Shown: one piece after another, positions 1-11,909 of the stretch
Position numbering within the stretch: the first letter of the stretch is position 1
Layout: every line of letters begins with the position of its first letter
Assembly (NCBI RefSeq): GCF_018350175.1
Contig: NC_058368.1
Span: 118,918,001-118,982,000 of the forward strand
Source: Felis catus
Lineage: Eukaryota
Direction of reading: 5' to 3'
Length of the DNA: 64,000 bases
Translations under genes and position numbers: made by a program
The notes under the pieces: generated by a model
Told to the model about the DNA's origin: nothing
What the model saw: the letters and a program-made list of their open reading frames with translations, nothing else
The model's database searches: none

Positions 1-299
1 TACACTATTTTTCTTATCTCTAAGCATAGCAACAGTAGGTTTGGGAGAAATTCCTTCTCTCTGCATATTTTCTATTGCCTCCAAGGTGGGTTCTTCTATT
101 TTTTGTTTTGATCTTTCATTAGAAGCTATCCTTCCTTTCACGCTATCCATCCCCTTCTTCTAGGCAGAAGGCTGGAGACCTCTCTCTGGGAAGAGCAAAA
201 CAGAAGGACCCTGGACAAGAATGCCAGACACAGTTGAGGGTAGAGGTATCTTTTAAAAACCAGGAGGATTAAGTGAGCTGTTCCATATCCAGTGTCAAT

Positions 300-960
300 G
301 TAATTCATGTGGCCTGAGGAACAGAGAGAAGAAAAGACTGAAGGAAAATTAATAGTACTTCAAAGACCTGAGAGACAATATTAAACGGCCCCACATATGT
401 GCAAATGAAGTTCCAGCCGAAGACTGTGAGAAAGGAGCAGGCAGATATTAAAAACAAAAAACAAAACTAAAAACTAAAAGGAAATTAGAATCCATGAATT
501 CAGCATGGTCACTGGGCACAATCTTAAAAAAAAAAAATCAACCTTCCTTCTAGATACCGCAAACAATTCAAAAATGATATTTCCTGTCATTCATGATAGT
601 AAAACACAAACACATATACACGTAAAACAGGAATAAACGGGGGAGGGAAGGGATGCAAGAGCTCTGAGGGAAAACATAAAACACTGGTGAAATTAGGTAA
701 CGAAGATCTAAGCAAATGGAGAGACAGCCAACATTAGTTTTGCCCATTCTTCCCTGACCTGCAAATTCTATTACTGGTTATGATCCCAACAGGCTTTTTT
801 GTGTACAGAAACTGACAGGCTGCTTCTAAAATTTACGGGAAATTGCCAAGACAGAGAAGATCTTAAAGTTTGGCTCTGTCTTCTGGGGGAGGTCTAAATG
901 TCTTGAAAGATGGTATCATTCTTTTACCAAATATGTTAGAGTACCAGGCATTAAATATAT
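300..960 (+). mobile_element. Old, degraded L1 fragments (ORF1- and ORF2-derived pieces)
   Basis: gacctgagagacaatattaaacggccccacatatgtg resembles L1 ORF1; gaaactgacaggctgcttctaaaatttacggga resembles L1 ORF2. Confidence 0.6.
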
Positions 961-1000
961 ACAATGAATGCAGCTCATCCATGAAAACAGCAACAATTCT

Positions 1001-1222
1001 GGGGCACCCGGGTGGCCTCAATCAGTTAAAGGGGCTGACTTCAGCTCAGGTCACGATCTCACGGCTCATGAGTTGCAGCCGCCTGTCAGTGTCTGTGCTG
1101 ACAGCTCAGAACCTGGAGCCTGCTTTGGATTCTGAGTCTCCCTCTCTCTCTGCCCCTCCCCTGCTCGCATGCTCATTTTCTCTCTCTCTCAAAAATAAAT
1201 AAAAACATTAAAGAAAATAAGA
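1001..1222 (+). mobile_element. CanSINE (SINEC_Fc-like)
   Basis: ggggcacccgggtggc head, CT-rich body, A tail; degenerate TSD aaaacagcaacaattct/aaaactgaaacaattct. Confidence 0.93.
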
Positions 1223-2919
1223 AAAACTGAAACAATTCTTCAACCTGTGGGCATACGCAAACTCCTCTTTCGGATGTTTTTATATACGCTCTTAGAGTTT
1301 CAAAATAATAACCTATATTCCTTGGTTTGTTCAAAAGCCTGAAGTACATTAAACAAGTCACTGCTCCAAAGAACCAGCAAGTGAATAAAGGAATGTTAAA
1401 GGAAAACCAACCAGCTTAAAAAAAAAACTTTTTTCTTTGCCAAAGGCTTATTAGTTGGATGTGTTAACTCAGAATTACAGGTATTCTTTGATTTATGAGG
1501 TTCTCATTTGAGTACTTTTAAAAATTGAAGGTAAATATTCTGATGCCTTACAGCAAAACGAGAGGCTTTACTTAAGCAGTCATTAGGACAATAACGAGTT
1601 GGAGAAGAAGAGGTGAAAACAGAAGTCAATACTCGGCAATCAGAATCCGGGGGGTGGGGGAGGGAACGAAAGTAGAAAGAACTATATCCACCATTGGTCT
1701 TTCTGGGGTCATCTATACACACTGTTCACAACTGCCCTGAGGACCAGGACTTCCCCATGTGAGAAGTCAAGTCTCCTAGTTGCCAGAACTCTTTTGACAA
1801 AACACATGCATCACATCCTTTAGTTTTTGCCTCTAGTTATTTTGTTTTACAATTAGAATGTTAATATAAAAGGACATTAAATATTTAGTATAAGCCTGTT
1901 CTTAAATATTCTTAGATAATTTATTCTTTCATTATTAAAGTAGAAAGAAAAGATCTATTTCAAACAAATTGTGACAATACAGAATTATTCAGTGTGCGCG
2001 ACAGATAACATATGCAAATGCCCTCAATTTTTATTATGAATTGAACTGAAACGTTACTTCTATGGGCTTGACGTGAATCAAGTTTGTGGCAAAGAAAACA
2101 CAGAGAAAGAAGAGGGGAAAAATGAATGCCTTTCATCACATCATGTCCTGGCTCACATCCATTTGATGCCTGTCCAGGATGACGTGATTGTTGAGTCATA
2201 CGCTATTCCACTGACGCTGTGTTCAAAATGACAAACTGGTCTCTCAGACCTTCAACAGGAATCCAGAACAGCCACAGTCAAAACACTATGAATAACAAAA
2301 AGGTGCCATGCAGGTGTTCCACAGGGGGGAAAAAAAGCCTGAAACATACTATGTTTCAAGAATAACAGAACTTCTTTCCTTTTCATTACCTCACTTAATT
2401 TGTTAATTAATTTACAATTAATTGTTGCTGACTTCCATTTAATATGTGTCAGACACTGAATCAAATGCTGTATCACAATTATTTTGGTTACTTTCATCCT
2501 GGAGACATCTCTGAGAATGGGTTCTGTTACTATCCCCACTCTCAGGATAAGGAAAGAAGTGCAGGGTGGCAGCTCACAGAGAATGAGAATCCAGATTCTC
2601 AGACCTCTGGCAGAGGAGTTTCTTGACGGGATTCTGTTGCTGCTCTTTACTTTGATGACATATGGGTAACATTTCCTGTGGATACACTTTGAGAGGTGGA
2701 AAAGCCATCAAAAGGCTCACAGCAGTAAGAGAAAATGTTAGCAGAAACCACGAGAAGGAGATGCTCCAAAACGTTTGCAGAAGGAACATGAATGTCCTGA
2801 GCGAGGAAGGAAGGATGGTAAACTAAGTTCTCAACCAAGACCTAGGAAATGTGCTGTGTACTTAGGATTGTAATTTTAAGATGGACAGACACAAATTAGG
2901 TTTTCATAAGGCTTCTACA

Positions 2920-3150
2920 GTCCATTGTAGGAGAGACATACAAGGATATGGGCAGTTATAATACACTGATCACACTGATCCATGGGAGAATATGGAAGGG
3001 TCTTTAGGTAGAGACAGCAATCAGGCAAGTCTACCTGGAGGAGATGGCATCAAATGCCAAAGCTAAGCAAGAGAGGGAAGTTGAGGGAGACAGGATAACA
3101 TGTACAGAGGTATTTTGGTACACAGAGTAAGCTCTTCTGGGAAACTGAAA
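2920..3150 (-). mobile_element. L2 fragment
   Basis: Resembles the reverse-complement L2 3' region (atcaggcaagtctacctggaggagatggcat). Confidence 0.45.
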
Positions 3151-4307
3151 GGCACCAGAATAACACCAACAAAAATATTAAAGAACATCAGAAAATTTTG
3201 TCCAACCAAGGTTCCAAAGTGACCTTTAAGTCATAGGTTAAACTTTATAAGGTGCAAATATAAGACAGCATCTAGGGAAGGGAAGGTAATAAAATAGAAA
3301 TCTTAGTAACACAGTGGTCCTAGCGCTATTTAGAATAGCACAGCATTCTAGTGCCCAGCAGACCCCCACCTCCACCCCATACTGACTAGAAATGGGCAAC
3401 CAGAGAGATTTCAGATGTCCTACCACCAGCTCACTGGGGGATCACCAAGAGCTCACTCAGCATCCCTAGACTTCAAGATCCCTCTCCCGTTAATCCTAAG
3501 ATAAAGACACTTACATTGCAGGGGACAGGATGCTGGACCTGGTAATTTTCTCAGGATTCTTTTAATTCTAACATCCATGATTCTCTAACTCAGTTACATG
3601 ATGGCACATAACCAGGGACAACAACAATAACATGAGAACCAGTAACAGTAGCAAACACAACACGAACGACATGGGCATGAACTGCACGGGACCACTCAAG
3701 CATATTTTTTTCAGTAACTTCGTGTGAAAGTTTTTGGAGATTCACAACAATTTGAAGAAACATGGAGATGAACTGTAGGGTTTACAAATATCAAAACAAT
3801 TCAGAAAAAGGGATGTCATGAATTCATAAAACATATGTAAATACCAGCCTATTTTATCATTTACTACCATAAAATATATACAAATGATAACAAGTTCAAA
3901 TTTGTCAAATTTGAGAATTACGCACACGCGGACTTACAGCTCACACATGGTACCAATGACAGTCGAGAGAAATGCAAACAAATGCAAAGATACCGTATTC
4001 AATCACAACTCCATGAAATTAACTGTAGTTCATACTGTACTACTGTAATAATTTCACAGCCGCCTCATTTTGCTCTTATCGTCCTAAAACACCATGTGCC
4101 ACCCATCATCTCTATGTGAGAAGCTCATCTCTCCAATAAACCGTGTGTCACAGTAGAAAGTGAGGTCTTGTGGTTCCCACGTATTTTTCATCATGGTTTG
4201 TACCATACTGTAAACCTTGACTAACATCACAGAACCCATAGAGTACCACTAGTGATGCTGGAAGTGTTCCCAGGAAGCAGAAAAAGTCAGACATTGTAAG
4301 AAAAGTT

Positions 4308-4516
4308 GGGGACGCCTGGGTGGCTCAGTCAGTTAAGCTTCCAACTCTTGATTTCAACTCAGGTCATGATCTCACGGTTTGTGAGATCAAGCCCCACGTT
4401 GGGCTCTGCACTGACAGCAAGAAGCTTGCTTGGGATTCTCTCTCCCCCCCGCCTCTGCCACTTCCCCACTTGCACTCTCTCTCAAAATAAATAAATTAAA
4501 AAAAAAAAAGAAAAAA
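4308..4516 (+). mobile_element. CanSINE inserted in Tigger2
   Basis: gggacgcctgggtggctcagtcagttaag head; A tail. Confidence 0.95.
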
Positions 4517-4752
4517 GACAAGGCAAGGAAATTCATGAAGCTATCACTGTAGCTACTTCAGCGGGCACAAAAACCTTATACTTTTTATGAAATGCCTTTT
4601 TATCTCATGTTGAAATGCAGCTTTTATGTAGGTTCAGGATTGCTACAATAAAGACATACCTATAGACCCCATTATGGTTCTGGAAAAAGTAAAGTCATTA
4701 TACGACAACTTAGAGCAAAAGGAAGGTGAAGGAATTAAAACTAGAGAATTTA

Positions 4753-5144
4753 TATATATACAATGGAATACTACCTGGCAATGAGAAAGAATGAATTCCT
4801 GCCATTTGCAGCAATGCGGATGGTACTGTAAGGTATTATGCTAAGTGAAATAAGTCAGAGAAGGACAGATATCATATGTTTTCACTCATATGTGGATCTT
4901 GAAAAACTTAACAGAAGACCATGGGGGAAGGGAAGGGGAAAAAAAAGTTACAAACAGAGAGGGAGGGAGGCAAACCATAAGAGACTTAAATACAGAGAAC
5001 AAACTGAGGGTGGATGGGGGTGGGGGAGAGGGGAAAGTGGGTGATGGGCACTGAGGAGGGCACCTGTGGGGATGAGCACTGGGTGTTGTATGGAAACCAA
5101 TTTGAAAATAAATTATATTAAAAAATAAAAAATAGTTAAAAAAA
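4753..5144 (+). mobile_element. 5'-truncated carnivore/felid L1 3' end inserted in Tigger2
   Basis: caatggaatactacctggcaatgagaaagaatgaa...gatgagcactgggtgttgtatggaaacc + A tail; 16-bp TSD aaaactagagaattta (4737-4752) / aaaactagataattta (5145-5160). Confidence 0.95.
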
Positions 5145-6809
5145 AAAACTAGATAATTTAATGCCAGCAAAGGATGGTTTGATAATTTTAGAAAGAGGTT
5201 TGGCTTAAAAAATGTCCGGATAACAGGAGAAGCAACTTCTGCTGACCAAAAGTCAACAGACAAGTTCCCAGCACCATTAAGAAAATCAATAAGAAGAAAG
5301 GGTGTCTGCCTGAACAGGTTTTTATTGCAGACAAAAGTGTCCTATTCTGGAAGAAAATGCCAAAAAGGAAATGTATTAGTAAGGAAGAGAAGCGAGCATA
5401 GAGGATGCGAGGCAGGAAGGGGCAGGCCAATTCTACTTTTTGGTACAAATGCAGGAAGGTTTATGATCAGAGCTGCCCTTATCTATGCCAAGCCCCAAGC
5501 CTTGAAGCAAGAAGATAAACACCAGCGGCCAGTCTTTTGGCTGTGTAATAAGGAGGCCTGGACAATGAGAACCCTTTTTCCTGGATTTGTTCCACTGATG
5601 CTTTGTCCCTGTGGTCAGGAAGTACACCTTGACAGTAGGAACAGCCTCTTAAAGTTCTCTGTATACTGGACAATGCCCCTGGTCTCCCACAATCTCATTA
5701 GTTCAACATCAAAGATGCCTAAGTGGTGTACCTGCTCCAAACACAGTAACTCTAATCCAGCCTCCATATCAGGGAGTCATAAGGACCTCTGAAGCTGATT
5801 ACACAAGATACTTTATGGAAAGAATTGTCAACACTATGGGAGAGAACCCTGACAGAGAGATCACGATTCTTGTCAGTCTGGAGGACACCACGGAGGATGG
5901 CATCGTTGTTACAGAAAAAGCCGTGAGAGCCATCAAGCCCAAAACGATAAATTCTGGCTGAAGAAAACTGGGGTCCAGATGTTGTTATGCCTGACTTCAC
6001 AGGATTTACGACAGAGCCGGTCAAGGAAAAAAATCATGAAAGAAATGGTGGATATGAGGGGGGAAAAGAGGAGGGGATGAAGGGTTTCAAGATATGGATA
6101 TTGCAGAAGTTCAAGAGCTAACAGACAGCAGAGGAATTAACAGAAGACAACTTGCTGGAGATGAGTGTTTCCAAACCAGTGCCAGACAGTGAGGCAGAAG
6201 AGACAGAAGAAGCAGTGCCAGAAAGTAGACGGACGTTAGACAATCTGGCCGAAGCATCCTGATGATTCAAGACTGCTTTGAACTTTTACGACAAGGACCC
6301 TTCCATGATATAAGCACTGACACTAAACCAAGTGGTGGAAGATGGGCTGGTATTACAAAGAAACACTTACTGATCAATGAAAAAGCAGAAGAGTCAGACA
6401 GAAATCATGAGGTATTTCCGGAAAGTTACACCAAGTGTGCCACGTCTCCTGCCTCCCCTTCTGCCTCCTCTGCCCGAGACAGCAAGACCAACCCTTCTTC
6501 CTTTCCTCCCCCCCGCCCCACCTCAGCATACTGAACATAAAAACAACAAGGATCAAGAATGTTATGGTGATCCACTTCTGCTTAATAAATAGGAAACACT
6601 CATCAGGCCGCACAGTTAATAAACTTATCTGTTGTGCCTGTGAGTGTCCTGGTGTGGAAAAATCTAGTAACTGTACGTCAAGAACTGGAGGACAGGTTTC
6701 TGCAACATCATCATCACCACCTAAGTATTCAGTGTGGAGAACATCACATGTAAGACTTGTATGGAATTGGTTAGCCTATCCTTACGTATAGGCATTAGGC
6801 GAGGGATAC

Positions 6810-7010
6810 TTTTTTAAGATGTATTTGAAAGAGAGAGAGAAAGCACGAGTGGGGGAGGGCCAGAGAGGGAGAGAGGAGCGAAAGAATCCCAAACAGGCTC
6901 CCCACTGTCCATGCACTGTCCAACACGTGGCTCGATCTCACAAACCTTGAGATCATGACCTGAGCTGAGATCAGGTCAGAAGCTTAACCAAGTGAGCCAC
7001 CCAGGCGCCC
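6810..7010 (-). mobile_element. CanSINE inserted in Tigger2
   Basis: Ends gagccacccaggcgccc; T-rich tail at left. Confidence 0.93.
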
Positions 7011-7569
7011 TGGCAAGTGATGTTTAATATACAATTAACAATGTGTTAGTTCTGTTACTATTTTATAGCTTTGCTTTCAAAGAACAGCATTAACATACAG
7101 TATGTGTCTGTCTCTTTCTCTCTTGCCATCAGAGAAACAGAATATGAGCCTATCATACAAATTTTTTTAATGTAACGTTTCCAATACTGTGTTATGAATA
7201 TGACTGTGATACTGAATGCCACTAAAATTTTATAACCAGTCATTCATTAGTGTGTAGGCTAGCCTACCATGAAGCAATCTTATCAATTACGCTGGCCTAC
7301 TATAAAGACATCACATTGTTGCTTCTTCATTACCAATGCACTAATTATGATACATGTAAAGAAGCATGAATTTCTTTTTTTTCACATTAACTTTTCATTT
7401 TTATCGTGTAGTGTTAGTAACATATAAAACACCTACCTTGTTCTGTATCATGTAAGACAGTATTGACGTAGGTAGTGACAAATGATTCATCTTGTAAACA
7501 GATGATGTACACTTATGATATTGATAAATACAGGACGATATTGTAAATATGTTTTCTTAATTGTTAAAG

Positions 7570-7640
7570 ATTTTATTTTTAAGTAGTCTCTACATCCAAT
7601 GTGGGGCTTGAACCTACAACCCCAAGATCAAGTCACATCC
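7570..7640 (-). mobile_element. Old short CanSINE fragment
   Basis: ttttatttttaagtagtctctacatccaatgtggggcttgaacctacaaccccaagatcaag. Confidence 0.75.
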
Positions 7641-7971
7641 TTTTGATTTATAAAAGGTGGCTTATGCTTTATTTACCTTTATAAATCAGTAATTTTAGGC
7701 TAGCATTTTTCTAAATTATAGTTTTATGATGCTCTTGAAGATAAACATGAGCAATCTTTAAATTACTTTCCTGTGATATAGTACTTAGCATTTAAATATT
7801 ATATTTTGCTACTTCTCATTTGGGGAATCCAGGCTTTAAGCAGACTGAGATAAATTAGACATGAAAGAGAGAAAAGCAGACTCCTGACACAGTCAGGAAT
7901 TGTATAAAACTGTAATTGTATACATTACATCTGTAATTGTATAAAACTCTGGTTTTCTCTAACATGAACTC

Positions 7972-8180
7972 ATTTCTTTTTTTTTTTCTTTTTCTTTTTA
8001 GAGAGAGAGCACATGAGTGAGTGGAGGAGAGAGGCAAAGGGGTAGAGAGAGAAACAGAGAATCTTAAGCAGGCTCCACACTCAGCGTAGGGCCAGGGCTT
8101 GACCTCATGACCCTGAGGTCATGACTTGAGCTGAAATTAAGAGTTAGATGTTCAACCAACTGAGCTACTTAGGCCCCCCC
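7972..8180 (-). mobile_element. CanSINE
   Basis: T tail, gagagaga, gcaggctccacactcagc...caaccaactgagc. Confidence 0.9.
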
Positions 8181-8269
8181 CTCTGACATGAAGCCAGTTC
8201 TTGAACTTCATTTCAGTATGTCCTGGTAGTGCACAGGCGAACCAAACAAGAACTACATCAAAATAATAC

Positions 8270-8690
8270 AATCAGTAATCAATACTAAGTATTTACTATG
8301 TGTTATACACCAGTCTAAAATACATTATAAGTATTAGCTCATGCTAATCCATAAAAATTCTCATTTTATTCAATCCTCACTACAACCACTTGAAGCAGAT
8401 ATTATTCTTATCCCCCAACAATCAACCAAACTGCAAACTCAGAGAAATTACCCATCCAAGGTCAAAAAACTAATAGGTTTTGTAAGTAAGTTATAAATCT
8501 AGGAAATTAAAACCAATAGTTAGCTTTTTAATTTCTCATATGCTTTAGCCCCATTTTTTGGATGAAGAAATTTAGGCTCAAAAAGGTAAGAAAATTTTAT
8601 GAAATAAAGCCACACAACTAGGAAACAGCTGTATCTGGATCCCAGATGAGGCAGACCACTGTGGATGCCAAGCTCTTAACGGCTACGCTA
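8270..8690 (-). mobile_element. Two MIR fragments (about 8270-8475 and 8545-8690)
   Basis: MIR core reverse complement: cccattttttggatgaagaaatttaggctca; aatcctcactacaacc...attattcttatcccc. Confidence 0.65.
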
Positions 8691-9356
8691 AACATATGAG
8701 GTTAGGCCTTTAATAAAAGGCAGATTATTGCAAGGCACGCACTGCAGGCTGTCAGAATCCCGAGTCTGGATTATCAAAGTTACTGTAAAAGCTAGAGATA
8801 ATTGGCAAGTAAGTGACTGAGCTATATCCACTAGGTTAAATGACCTACAAGCTGTGCTCAATCAAGGCACTGGGTCAGGGTCACTGCTTCACAGTTTCCT
8901 TTCCCTCTCCCTTACAATTCCATGGCATCTGCCATTTCAAACATGACACAGCCTCCTAATGTGTTCCTGCCTAGGTCCCACAGACCTCAGACCCTCCATC
9001 TGTACAGAGCAATCTCCAGAAGAAAAGATGAGACAGGACAGAAGAGGAAAATGGGCCCCTACCCAGCTACTTAATGAACGTCAGTATTTTTGCCTTATTG
9101 TAGTTCATGATTTTCCCATCTATCATGCCATCAGTACTTGAAAATAATTTGACAAGAGGCCTAGGGCCTTGAAGAACACATAGGAAAAACGTTTTCTGTG
9201 GTTTTGTAAGGAAGTTATAAATCTAGGAAATTAAAATTTCCCAAATTCGAACAATTTCTGGATTACTAGGAAAAAATCACCACCAAAATACTTTTCAGAT
9301 CCAAGGAGAAACTAAAATGAAACATTCTTATAAGATGTTAATAAAGTACAACAGCA

Positions 9357-9585
9357 GGGCGCCTGGGTGGTTCAGTGGGTTAAGTGTCTGACTCTTGATT
9401 TCGGCTCAGGTCATGATTTTGGCTCAGGTCATGATCTCACGATTCTTGTGATTGAGTCCCATGTTGGGCTCTATGCTGACAGTGTGGAACCTGCTTAAAA
9501 TTCTCTCTCCTCCTTATGCTCTTTTGCAATCTTTCTCTCTCTCAAAATAAATAAACTTAAAAAAAAACAAATAAACAAACAAACA
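9357..9585 (+). mobile_element. CanSINE with internal tandem duplication of gattt(c/t)ggctcaggtcat
   Basis: gggcgcctgggtggttcag head; duplicated ~18-bp motif; A tail. Confidence 0.93.
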
Positions 9586-9919
9586 GAACATATGGTACTA
9601 AAATGTACCTTTTATGCAACACCTGAAAAACCAAGAGCTTTATTTTGTAGAGGACAAAGTCTCAATTTCCTCACTTAGCAAACACAGCTCCCCCCAGTCT
9701 GTGCACAGTGTGCCTCTCCAGGTTGAGCTCTTTCTCCTTTAAGTACACACTGCCATGTCAGCTTTCAACCTCTGTCCTCCAGCCAGGTTATCTGAATCCC
9801 TGTGTATTTTCTGCCTTGTGGGTCTGAGGCCTGGACCCTCAGAATACAGGTTGCCTGATAGCATTACCCTGTACACAATTCTTCAGTATTCAACTCTAGT
9901 ATCAGGGCCTCCATGAATG

Positions 9920-10515
9920 TTTAAAATTCACTTGTAACTCCAACATTAATACTCACGTTGCTTTTCTCGCCATGTGTGGGGAAGCACAGAGTAAGAAAAA
10001 AACTTGACTTGCCTGATGTGCATGCTCCCAGCTGTGGTCAAACAAAGTGACATTATGCCTTCTTGCTTCAGTTCTTATACTGTAAACAAGTGTCCTTTCA
10101 GTGGTACATTTAGGGCCATGTTGTTTGCATTTTTGTGCTTTTTGTTGGTGATTTCCCTCTTTACAATGGCCCCCAAGCATAGTGATGAAGTGCTTTGTAT
10201 TCCTCAGCAGAAAGAGGGTTTCATGTACCTTAGGGAGGAGGTGTATCACGCAAGGTTGTATCAGGCATGACTTAGGGTACTGTTGGCTATACGTTCAATG
10301 TTAATGAATCAAGAATATTTATTAAATAAAGAATCTTTAAACAGAAACACATGAAACAAGATTGTATAATGATGGGCTGGCAAAACTACTATGACCAGAG
10401 GCTCTCAGGAACCTAACTTCATATTTCCCCTAGGAACAATAGCTCAGTATTTACTAATTCAACATTCACTGAGGTTACTGTAGAACATAACAGAGTGAAA
10501 AATGGGAACAGCCTA
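9920..10515. mobile_element. MER82-like (TcMar-Tigger) non-autonomous element
   Basis: gtttgcatttttgtgctttttgttggtgatttc...tgaccagaggctctcaggaacctaac...tttcccctaggaacaat match recalled MER82. Confidence 0.8.
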
Positions 10516-10568
10516 TATATCCGTCTGATGAATACTGTACAGTACCTATTAAAAAGGATGATGTGGGT

Positions 10569-10751
10569 TAGTGGTCAGCAAATTTTTTCTTGTAAAGGGC
10601 TAGGTGGCACATATTTTAGGCTTTGCGAACCATGTGTCACATATTTTTGTTTCTTTGTTTTTACAACCCTTTAAAAATATAAAAGCCATTCTTGGCTCAT
10701 GGCTTCTGAAGGGCTGGGTTTAGCTTGTGGGCATTAAGTTGCCAGCCCCTG
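10569..10751. mobile_element. MER58-like hAT-Charlie element
   Basis: ggtcagcaaattttttcttgtaaagggc...attttaggctttgc start and agttgccagcccctg end. Confidence 0.75.
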
Positions 10752-10826
10752 ATGTGGTACCTAGATGCATTATCCCTATCCATCCATTATCTATATCCAT
10801 TATGTTTATCAGTGCATCTATTCATA

Positions 10827-10830
<4 letters not shown>

Positions 10831-10858
<28 letters not shown>
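10831..10858. repeat. (AT)n microsatellite
   Basis: Direct inspection. Confidence 0.95.
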
Positions 10859-10861
<3 letters not shown>

Positions 10862-11204
10862 CAGAGTAGTAATTGCTTTTCCTTTTAAAAAAATTCCAAG
10901 AGCTCAATTTAAACATTTTATATAAGTATAGAAGGAGAATGGGTCTTACTATATTTGTACATATTTTTATATAAATGCACCTTGGAAAGTATCCAAATAA
11001 TTACTTTTCTCTCCATACATGCCATCCTAGTGAAATTTTATACAAATTCCTTATTATTGCTGAGTAAGTGGGGGTTGGGTAGGGGAAGAAGCCTCGTAAG
11101 TTTTTCTCTTCTTAGCTCTCCAAATCCTTGAGAAAGGATGGGGAGAGTCAAAAATGATTATACTGTCTTTCTGTGGTGTTGGTTACAAAATGATAGTACA
11201 GTTT

Positions 11205-11412
11205 TTTTAAAGTTTTTTTTTAACATTTATTATTGAGAGACAGAGCATGAGTCGGGGAGGGGCAGAGAGAGAGGAAGACACAGAATCCTAAGCAGGCTCC
11301 AGGCTCTGAGCTGTGAGCACAGAGCCTGACATGGGGCTCAAACACACAAACCACGAGATGATGACCTAGGCCAAAGTCAGATGCTTAACTGACTGAGCCA
11401 CCCAGGTGCCCC
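11205..11412 (-). mobile_element. CanSINE
   Basis: Ends gagccacccaggtgcccc; degenerate TSD gatagtacagtttt/gataggaaagtttt. Confidence 0.94.
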
Positions 11413-11909
11413 GATAGGAAAGTTTTCTTTGGTTGCACTGCTCTACAGAAGACCCACTTCCCCATTGGCACCATTTCCCCCATAACCCTAAGGATGGCTG
11501 CTCCTCTAACTACTTCAGTCTGAGACACTCAAAACCAAGAAGAGGGATCAGAAATCTCCTCCCTCACACAACCACTGCTGTTACTCTCTTCCCATGGTGC
11601 ATCACCCCGCAGGTGTGGGGTCTACACATGCAGTAGGTTCATCTTTCCATCCCCTAATTCTTCCAGCTGCCATTTCTCACTTTAGAGAAGTCTGGAACCT
11701 GACCCTCTTCCTCTCCATCCTGGTACTCATGACTATCCATTCTTTGGTGATTCTACTCACACCCAGACCTCGGTTTTTTGCTTCACATATAGGGGTCTAA
11801 AATACAGTGTTTCCTAAAACAAAGTCAAGTATTTTTTCACCTCCTAACCCAGGCCTTTCCTATATAGTCTTGTTTCCTTGCCTTCAAACTTCATCCGTCA
11901 CCATTCCTT

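Larger units (their letters stand above)
3660..7560 (+). mobile_element. Tigger2-family DNA transposon, near full length, transposase disrupted, with nested L1/SINE insertions
   Basis: 5' end gaactgcacgggaccact...tttttggagattcacaacaatttg matches recalled Tigger2. Transposase remnants GRGRPILLFGTNAGRFMIRAALIY...PVFWLCNKEAWTMRTLF (ORF 5325-5792) and MKKQKSQTEIMRYFRKVTPSVP (6377-6592). Both TIRs eroded or missing. Confidence 0.88.

Noticed and set aside
5325..5792. 155-aa ORF as a domesticated TIGD-like gene
   Set aside because: Only the middle is in the transposase frame; the element is frameshifted and interrupted by SINE/L1 insertions.
9585..9600. GRE-like AGAACAtatGGTACT as an autoregulatory site
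   Set aside because: Mismatch at a core position and adjacent to a SINE tail; expected by chance. No perfect palindromic GRE was spotted by eye.
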